A stretch of DNA of 62,555 bases, counting the filler, from Choristocarpus tenellus KU-1152 (taxonomy: Eukaryota; Protista; Phaeophyceae), in the NCBI GenBank assembly GCA_964200185.2. It is 12 parts of 12 records of this genome, joined end to end, with 100 filler letters (N's around TTAATTAATTAA, not from the genome) between each part and the next. Parts side by side here need not be neighbours in the genome. Positions count along the whole stretch, not along the records: positions 50,787 to 55,097 come from CAXNAD020015170.1; positions 55,198 to 58,929 come from CAXNAD020018248.1; positions 59,030 to 62,555 come from CAXNAD020019453.1; 9 more parts are not named here. One strand, given 5' to 3'. Of the stretch, positions 54,119 through 62,555 are shown in pieces (the first letter of the stretch is position 1; the number at the start of each line of letters is the position of its first letter). Made by a program: the position numbers and the translations under genes. Below the pieces are notes generated by a model. That model saw nothing but the letters and a program-made list of their open reading frames with translations, made no database searches and was not told the origin of the DNA.

Positions 54119-54560
54119 TCATCATGCATCGAAAAAAGATTCATTGAAAAAATAATATAGCAAACCGAAGGGGTTTGCAGAGGTTAATGATACCATCCAC
54201 AAACTGCTTATAGGCACAGCTAGCAACCAAAGCCGACTCGTACATACCAACATCGACAGCAGTAGTCAACTGTTGTCTTGGAACAGACAAAAGTGTATCG
54301 TGATGATGTGGGCAGCTGGGAAATCCTCGAAAGCAAAGAGAGAGAACCAATTCCAATAAAGAGCAGGTGGTCCTTCCTGTACCACATCATGTTCTGGAAT
54401 CGAACCATTCGAGGCTGCATTTATAATAACATTGAGAACATCATCATCTTTATTATCATGAATCGACGTTGACCTATTGCAACAATCAGTGGCAGCAGAG
54501 GTGCAGGTCGTGGCAAGGGGCCCAGGCACTAGAATTATAGGGTTAGGGCGAGGCATGAGC

Positions 54561-54785
54561 AAGTCAAAGTGAGGTAAAAAAGAAAAAAGAAAAAAACTTT
54601 TTTTTCCGAATTGTGTCGATAAGTTTCAAGCAATAGAGAATTCGACCCTCTCAAGTCAATGTTGGCACTTCATGAATAGAAATATATATTTTATGTGTGA
54701 ATTGCAAACGATTTGTAAAACAAAATGGCGTATAATGCAAAAATAAAGCGACTAAAAACTGGGTGCCTCTCGTTTACTTCGGCTC
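54561..54785. mobile_element. MITE family C copy (one end degenerate)
   Basis: aagtcaaagt ... ctgggtgcctctcgtttacttcggctc. Confidence 0.7.
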
Positions 54786-55051
54786 AGTGCCTCCCTCTCC
54801 ATCCAGCCCCAGAAGAGTGAGAAGATACATAGCACCACAGAGCTGTATGGATCGCTCTGTAGTGCTAAGGAGTACAATGAACTGAATAACCCTCACTTGG
54901 GACCAAGGACCAATCAGCACCATGCCTTCCACACGCAACAGTATTCCAGGGACAGAGTGAACAAAATAAATTGCAATCATTTCCTGGACAAGCATTGTCA
55001 GTCACTAAATCGATTGCCATGTACCTCTCCCCCCTCCCCACACCCCACCCC

Positions 55052-55097
<46 letters not shown>

Positions 55098-55727
55098 NNN
55101 NNNNNNNNNNNNNNNNNNNNNNNNNNNNNNNNNNNNNNNNNTTAATTAATTAANNNNNNNNNNNNNNNNNNNNNNNNNNNNNNNNNNNNNNNNNNNNGAA
55201 ACACGAGAACCGGGGCAGCAGTGAGTAATTGTTTTACTTTAAAAATGCCACATCCTGGTCCAATCCCCATTCTTTATCCACTCTCTTATTGACACCTTTC
55301 TTAGTGAGAAGAACTAACGGTTCGATTACTGTGGCTAAGTTGGGTATGAATTTACGCACAAAATTTATCATACCTAGGACAGATCGAAGTTCTTTGATGG
55401 TGGTGGGTTTGGGTAATTCAGTGATTGCACGGACACGATCCTCACCGATACGAATCCCTTCAGACGATAAAATGTGACCCAGGTAACGTACTTCTTTGGG
55501 TCCAAACTGGATCTTTGACGGTTTCAAAGTTAAACCTGCTGCTTGTAACGCTTTGAACTGCTGTTCTAGTAAGTGCATATGTCCTTCCCATGTGGGAGAA
55601 CAAGCAATCAGATCATCCATGTAAACTAGTAGCAACCCACTCAATGGACCAAAGTTGGCAAAGGCTAAGGACATGATTCTTTGAAATTGCCAAGGGGCAT
55701 TTGATATCCCAAAGGGCATCCTCTTAA

Positions 55728-55985
55728 GATGTAAAGTATCTTAGAGGGTAGAGCCGCGTCCATTTGGGGGCCAAAATACAATGTTTCGATTTTGATGTAA
55801 TTTTGGCTACCGCGGTTGTTAGGAAGTGTCAATATCCTTGCTCCGGACACACATTTCCATAACGTATACAGTTTACCTACTCAGAAGAGTTTCTAGGTAG
55901 GAAAATGTCGCAAGAAACCCGTGGGAAGCCAAGCCCCAAATGGACAAAAACGGAAAAACTCGTACCCTCTAAGATACTTTCTCTC
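55728..55985 (-). mobile_element. MITE family A inserted in the Gypsy RT, TTAA TSD
   Basis: ttaa|gatgtaaagtatcttagagggta ... taccctctaagatactttctctc|ttaa; 258 bp. Removal restores YVFKRMPFG. Confidence 0.95.
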
Positions 55986-57339
55986 TTAAAAACGTATTTG
56001 CCTCTGGATGTGACATAAGCGGTTTTATCAATGTCATCCTCAGCAACAGGAATCTGCCAATATGCACTCTGAATATCACAAACGGTGATAAATTTGGCAC
56101 CCCCAACAGTATCAACATGAGACTCTATATCAGGCATAGGTCAAGACTGTTGAACAAGGTGTTTGTTAACAGTTGACCTAAAGTCTACACAGAATCGTGG
56201 GGAGCCATCCGATTTGGCCATGATAGTAACAGGACTACCCCAAGGGTTTGCACGTTTTTCAATAATGCCTTGCTCTTCCATAGTATTAACACACGAGTCA
56301 ATTACTTGTTGAGTACACAGGGGTTTGCTCTGTAAGGGTTCCTGTCAACAGGTTTGGTACCAGGCTCAATAGGAATTTCTGCTTCAGCTAAGGTACATCT
56401 GCCTAGTTCTACTGCATTCAACGAAAATACCGATCCATAATGAGCACAGAGGTCTAAAAGTTGAGACACTTGTGACTGATTGAACGTGATATCTTTGAAT
56501 GCGTTTGACTTGGTGATGGCTTGATGTAACTCTTCTCTAGCTTTACTTAATGGAGCAGAATCAGTATTTAGAACACTAACAGTAATTGGTACCTGATCTG
56601 AAGTGAGGGTTAAATGACTTATCACAAGAATCTTCCTGATACGTACTTTCCGTGTTGTTGGATTTGCCATTTGAACCAATACTGATCTATTACTTGCTGA
56701 CCAAGTACTGAGAGTGCGAGCAGCTACGATACGATTCCATGGATGTGTAGGTTCAGTGGTTTGATCTATAGCAGGCATGGAGTGTATGACTGGCTCCACT
56801 ACTACGGCAGTTTCCAATGACGGACTAGTATCAGTGGTGCAACGTACGATGATTTCATGACCAGCTGATATGTTATACTGTTTATGTACACGAACAGGTA
56901 TAGGGTCAAAATCATGTTGCACACTCACCACAGAACACGAAGGAGTTGTACTTGTATCACGTACTATAGTGGGGCTCCTTGTCATGTGATGTCTTGCTGA
57001 AATGGTACACGAACTGTTGTGAAATGAAAGACGTTCTTGCCAATCAAGGATTGCACCGAATGCCTGCATAACACTATTATCAAGCAGAATTTTATCGGGA
57101 ACAAGTTGGGGAATCACTAAAGCTTCAATTGGCAATGTGGTGTCACCAAGTGTAAGTGCAAAACGAAGAAAACCACGAATATGCAAAGGGGAACGATTTG
57201 CTGCATGTAGATTTATTGCACTAGGTGGGACAGGATGCATATCAGAACGTTTCAGTTGAGGGTGATTGCGAACAAATATTTCTGAAATACATGGTACATC
57301 ACTGGCTGTGTCAATTGTCAAGTTATTTTCCTCTTGTTC

Positions 57340-57597
57340 GATTGAAAGTATCTTAGAAGGTACGATTTTTTCCCTGTTTGTCTGTTTGGGGCTTGGCTTC
57401 CCATGGGTTTTTTTATGACATTTTCCAACTCCAAAACATTTCGGGTTAGGTAAATTTGTATGTTATGAAAAGGTGTGTCCAGAAAAAGGATATTGACACT
57501 TCCTGACAAACACGATAGTCAAAATTGCATCGATATCACAACATTGTATTTTGGCCCCCAAATGGACGCGACTCTACCCTCTAAGATACTTTGGCTC
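57340..57597 (+). mobile_element. MITE family A inserted just upstream of the Gypsy protease active site, GTTC TSD
   Basis: gttc|gattgaaagtatcttagaaggta ... taccctctaagatactttggctc|gttc; 258 bp. Removal restores VSGTVEEQEENNLTIDTAS. Confidence 0.95.
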
Positions 57598-58852
57598 GTT
57601 CTTCAACGGTGCCAGATACACACACCCTTGGTGATGAAAACGACAAAGGTTTGGGCATGGATGGATATCTGCGCAAAGAACTGTTGAACCAAGTTTCATT
57701 ATTATTACACGAGTTTGGTTGAACTAATGGCAAAGAAAAATGCTTAGTGACACGCTTGCAGGGAATACACGATGCCTGCGGGGCAAGAGGTGTGACTGGT
57801 GTCAACCTCTGACGCTTGCCACTCCCTACGATAGTGTCAACAACAACACCATGGCCGTTCCCAAGTGGACAGGAGTCAAAACCAACTGGGCACCCCTAGG
57901 GACGTGGACCATAATGGCCAGGTGTTGACTCACTGTCCTCACGAACACGAACACGACCTCCACAACCCCTGCCTCTATGACGCAAATATAGCAAACGAGC
58001 ACCCCCCAGATTGTCCAGGCATGACTGGGTTGTGTGACCCTCACGAGTCGCTGCCTGGCAACCCGGGTACTGGCACACACTATTTTGCTGATCCATGGTG
58101 TACATTGAGTTGGACGGTGAGGCTGAATAGGGCGACGTGTCTTGTGGTCGCGTTGGTCTGTCAGTGTGCCCGGCTGAGGGAGGTGGACCCGTCGACAACC
58201 GAGCTGGGACCCTGTTGAGGGTTGCCTCCCCTGCTCGGTGACGTTCCACCTCCGTACAGAGCGGTTGGCACTCTCATTGTGATTGCTCGAGTTCACTACG
58301 AGGAACTTGATCGGAGTCCATTCCCTGAGCTTGCAGTTTCATCAGGTCCTGAAGCCATCCGGGAGGCACCGTGTTCGTTCTGGCGCACTTTTTAACGTGG
58401 TGTGCGATGTACGATGGCACAGAATCCCCGAACTGTTCTTGTGACATGACCACCTCACAAGTAGTCGAACTTGGGGTGGGACTGTCTCTCCCTGAAATAG
58501 GACCCGACGAGTGTCACGGTCGCCCGAGCTAACACGATGCTCTAGGGTCAACGACACGGGTCTGCTATTCGCCTTTCGACCTGTAAGGGGGGAAGGGGGG
58601 GATCCACGGCACCATTCACCAAGTGTGGTGGTGCTGGATGACGTGGAGTGAATACTGGACGCGTCAGAGTCGAGGTGGGTGGAAGACCCCATGTCTTCCA
58701 TTGACTCGGGATCTTGGGCCTCTTCTGGTGCCCTTGATGACGCCAGGTCTGGGGTCCTCCGCTCTTGGGCCCTCCGTCTTCGTCTCGATCTAGAGTTCGG
58801 CATCTTTCCTCCGCGGTCAATCAGAAATGCCCTGTCACCCTATTTCTGAGGA

Positions 58853-58866
58853 CACCGGTGTCGCCA
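58853..58866 (-). promoter_or_regulatory. Primer-binding site of the Gypsy element
   Basis: Minus strand reads ...gattcaCA (LTR end at 58868) t TGGCGACACCGGTG, i.e. TGG one base after the LTR terminal CA. Confidence 0.7.
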
Positions 58867-59029
58867 ATGTGAATCGTCTGATACTGTGGCGGCGTGGTTC
58901 ACTCAGGCAAGGGTGGTGAAGAGAATCACNNNNNNNNNNNNNNNNNNNNNNNNNNNNNNNNNNNNNNNNNNNNTTAATTAATTAANNNNNNNNNNNNNNN
59001 NNNNNNNNNNNNNNNNNNNNNNNNNNNNN

Positions 59030-59440
59030 GGGAGACAGCATCAGGCGTGGGTGGGGGGACAGGAGGAGGGGGAAGAGGAGGGATGTGGGGGTTGAGGTGG
59101 GCAGGGGGGGGTGGGGACGCTAAAGGGAAGGGGGTGCATCCTACACAGTTGAAAGCTCTTCTAGAGATGGGCTTCTCGGAGGTCAGTGTTATTTTCCAAG
59201 ATTATCAGTGTTTGTGATGATCTGTGTGTCTTCGTAGCAGGATGAATTTGCACTACATTATGGGTGATTTTTTTACATTATGTACTCCACTCATTATTGG
59301 CACTGCTTCTATATATATATATAAATACATATATTTCATTGATTTTGCGCTTTTGCTTAGGGCTAGCTTCACCAATATGCATTGCACTGTTTCCAAATCC
59401 AGCCAAATTGGACTAATGCCGTTCTGCTTTTGAGATCAAC

Positions 59441-59481
<41 letters not shown>

Positions 59482-62400
59482 CACAGTTACATGCTACTTG
59501 CTCTCTTTTTTTTCCCCTCCAGTTTCTGTGTCCTGGCTGAACTGCCCCTTTCCTCACCCTGTTTTTATGGAGGCTTTGGTCTCCTTTGCTGCATTTTGAT
59601 AAGATTTTACATAAATCTTCACCTGGGGCCTTTTACGTTGTTGATCATGTTCACTTAACTTCTCACTTTGCTGATGGATTCTACTGCAGTTGAACTTATT
59701 CTACTGTGTTCGGGTCCCTTACTGTGGAGACCTGATGATGGCTACACCTTTAGCTATCGATAGAGAAGGAAGACTCAAATATTGTTCTGTGATAAGAACA
59801 GCAATGTTGTTTTTCCCAACTGTATTGTGTGATTGTGTGCATGGTGTATCATCTGCAGGAAGTGATTAATGATTATGAATACAAAGAGACAGTGCCTAAA
59901 ATTGGAAAGCAGCTTTGTATCAAAGTAGCCAATGCAGTGATGTATTTACTGCTTAGTATGAAATGAATCATATATTCCATTTTAGTGCGGTAGCATATTA
60001 TTGCAGAGTATGAAATGAATCATATATTCCATTTCCCAATTTTTCGGTTCTTCGTCCCAGAGGAGACCTTCAGCTGGAACTTGAAGGCTTCAAAGTATTC
60101 ACAGTTTAAAACATTGTTTACACTTGTAGCTTCAATAAAAACACTCTATTCCTGTTGGTGTTGCTGGCATTAACTCTACCTCCATTGACTGGATTGTTGT
60201 GGGGTCTGTGTACCCTTCTGGGTTCGAGTTTCGCGGAGTGTACGTAGGATGCCATTTAAGAGTACAAAGCAGTGTGACTAAAGAACAAATAGCACTGGTG
60301 AGAGGTACAGTTTGCACTAACTCACCATGTGGATGCCCTGTGCATTTCGAAGTGAGATTTTTGCCAGTGTCTTGATTGAATTTATTGTGTTGGGCGACAA
60401 TAGCCTTGACTGACAGTGGTGTTACTCAGGATGAAAGAACTGATGGTGCGGCGTTAACCACTGGGCTGCGGTGGGCAGCCATAGATTTGATTAGAGCAAG
60501 TGACACACTCTTTCATCTTTGACTTCCAAAGTCTTGCGGCTTCCATCCGCTGAACCCATGTGACACTTTGTTTGAACGATTGACTTAGGGGTTAGTTAGC
60601 GTTAGGATTAGGGCTTGTGGGGTGGGACTTATCTTGGTGGGAAGGAAGTGCTCAGATAAGATGTAAATGAAAGCCTGCTTCACAGTAAATGGTGTCGGTT
60701 TCATGGGTTTTTTTTTATTATTCTTTGTAGTGGTTCCTTCCACTACTCCTCAAGAAACCTGGTCGAATCGGTTCACTGCATGGAGGCGGGTGATATTTTA
60801 GTCGTTCAACTTCAACTTCAACTTCAACCACTGCTGTAACCTTTCAACCCCTGCTTCTTATGAGCACACAAATTCCATTCAGTGCTTGGCTTTTGCTTCA
60901 ATATATGGAGGACTTGGTACTGTAAGTACATTAGTTGTCACAATTTTGTTTCTCTTCTTTCCTTGTTTTTTTTTCAAGTGTTAGGGTTTCTATGTTTTGT
61001 ATCCAAGTATATGTATGCCGTAGAGCTAGACCTTGCTGTGATCTACATATGGTGGAAGTGCTTACGGAGTTGTTGTTTAGTGTTCCCGTTTGAATATTTT
61101 ATAGGGAGTTGTAGAGATGATTTGCATATGAGAGGATAAAAGTACAGTGTGAGTGAAGTCTCGATTGTCTTTGGGTAAGAATGGGGAAATATACGTATAT
61201 ATTTTTGTTGATTTCCCTTTGTTGTCATAGTGGTATCTGAGTGAATGAGTTTGGTGCATGTAACAAGTGCTTACTATATATACACGATCTGACACCTCAC
61301 AACAGGAAGTAAGTAGTTGTAAGTACATGTTTTTCAGTATATGTTCCCAATCGTTGAGACCCTTTGTAGCATATTGTTGAACTCTTCCTATGTGAGGAAA
61401 GTGCTGAGGCTTGGTGCTATTGTGGGACACCCCATTATGAAAGTTGATACGGTCTTGCAAAGAACAGTCCCAACAATTCTGTGCTGATTTTTTGGTTCAT
61501 CTTTTTTCAAGGAGTCGTTCCCTCCACTCCAATAAATTGAACGCTAGTATCCCACTATTCATGTCCTGATTTTCCCTTTAAACTCCTAAGGTTTTTATGT
61601 TCTCACTTTTCTCCTGTATGTATGTAACTGTGTTTACTTAAAAAAAAAAAAAAGTGTGTATGTCTCCTACTAGTTTTTGATCACAGGTCCGAGGCTCCTC
61701 GAGACTGGTGTAGAGGATATCATAGAAGTAATGAGTTTTTAGTGTAGTAGTAGTTATATTGATGGGGTGAGGCCATGACACTACCAGTGACACCTTCACC
61801 TAGTAGGGTTTATTGAGTGCAAGTACAGTGTGAGATATCTAGCGAATGGGTTATACATTCATCTACCCATGTATTATCCACGTTTGTGCCCAGGGTATGC
61901 ACTGTACATATGATTCAAGTGCCTTTTATTGTAGTGCTGTACTGGTGGTGTGAATAGACCGTTAATAGTGTGATGCGAAGGTGCCTCTCAGTTCTCTATC
62001 TATCAAAACTTTATCCACTCATTGAGATTGGTGTAACTGTCGCTAGAAATGAACAGGGGTTTTAATAGGGCTGACAATATCTTCCGAGAAATTAGAGGTT
62101 GCTGCCGACTATGCATGGGGGACTGAGCAGGATGGTTTGTCTATGTGATGTACATGGACAATGATAAGCAATAAATAACTACATCCCATTGGTAGTTTCT
62201 TTGACCAGCATACATAGTGTACCTGCCACCAAGTAAACCCCAACCCAATTTGGACCCCTGAAAGCTGTGGTGTTGATTGTTGAGCAAACTGCCCTGTGAT
62301 CAGAACCAATGTTTGCGAAGAACTCAAAATGCTTTTTTTGTGATTTCACTGTCCTCCTACTGAATGCATGCATTTCTCTTTTTTTTCACACAGGAGGCAG

Positions 62401-62555
62401 CGATAGCTGCACTGAAAGCATCCGGAAATGATACGAATCTGGCAGCAGAATACTGTGTCACTGGAATTCCCAACAGCAGGGGTAGGGGTGTCTCCTCACC
62501 TCCCCCCCCAACCCCTACTTCATCCCACGCTCGGTCAGGCTATAACAGCAGATGG
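59030..62555 (+). CDS. UBA-domain protein (RAD23 UBA1-like), two exons separated by a 3.2-kb intron
   Basis: Exon 59030-59181 ends VHPTQLKALLEMGFSE|gt. The exon from 62394 begins ag|EAAIAALKASGNDTNLAAEYCVTGIP. Joined in phase they give a full UBA (MGF ... AL..S.N....A.EY...GIP). Confidence 0.8.

Larger units (their letters stand above)
55198..58929 (-). mobile_element. Ty3/Gypsy LTR retrotransposon, decayed: 5' LTR end, PBS, gag, protease, RT
   Basis: Protease LTIDTASDV. RT motifs NPYRAN, NPWGSPV, DGSPRFCVDFR, DIQSAYWQIP, KTAYVT, MPFGISNAP, VYMDDL, YLGHI and LRSVLGMINF. Protease precedes RT. It carries frameshifts, a premature stop and two MITE insertions. Confidence 0.93.

Noticed and set aside
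55724-55989. piggyBac assignment from the TTAA TSD
   Set aside because: Other copies have ATGG and GTTC TSDs, and the termini start with G rather than CC.
37421-57597. MITE family A as an introner (intron-generating element)
   Set aside because: One end has a GT but there is no terminal AG that would allow clean splicing. No copy interrupts a host exon; copies lie in introns, other TEs or non-coding sequence.
25454-57687. Recurring short ORFs with ESILEG / YPLRYF peptides as a gene family
   Set aside because: They are incidental translations of the family A TIR; frames and stops are not conserved between copies.
10206-59029. Recurrent TTAATTAATTAA motif as a biological repeat
   Set aside because: It is always centred in 44+44 Ns. 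It is an all-frame-stop linker added when contigs were concatenated.
9126-60034. Spaced direct repeats and the 41-bp array as CRISPR arrays
   Set aside because: There are only two repeats each, or no spacers. The context is eukaryotic introns with no cas genes.

Overview
This is a eukaryotic, intron-rich, repeat-rich sequence. Gene similarities and TTAGGG tracts suggest a stramenopile, most likely a brown alga (inference). The window is not one locus. It is 12 short contigs joined by an artificial 100-nt linker (44 N + TTAATTAATTAA + 44 N), so adjacency across linkers is meaningless. Spliced gene fragments I could reconstruct by eye: a Snf2-family chromatin-remodelling ATPase (9 exons, minus), the last exon of a UBR/PRT6 N-recognin E3 ligase, a DHHC palmitoyltransferase, Sin3 (HDAC-interaction region), a DEK1-like multi-pass membrane calpain (membrane and linker part), an Enhancer-of-polycomb-like protein, a TBC1D20-like RabGAP exon and a UBA-domain protein. 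Mobile DNA includes a decayed Ty3/Gypsy LTR element and LINE and other TE remnants. The most notable signal is three different ~250-330 bp MITE-like families (about 18 copies or ends in 62 kb) that share the terminus GRSYCAAAGTA. Family A makes 4-bp target duplications of variable sequence (ATGG, TTAA, GTTC), which fits Sola2-type transposons. Two family A copies sit inside the Gypsy pol, and removing each plus one TSD restores the reading frame exactly. All calls rest on manual reading and remembered protein motifs; no database search was run.
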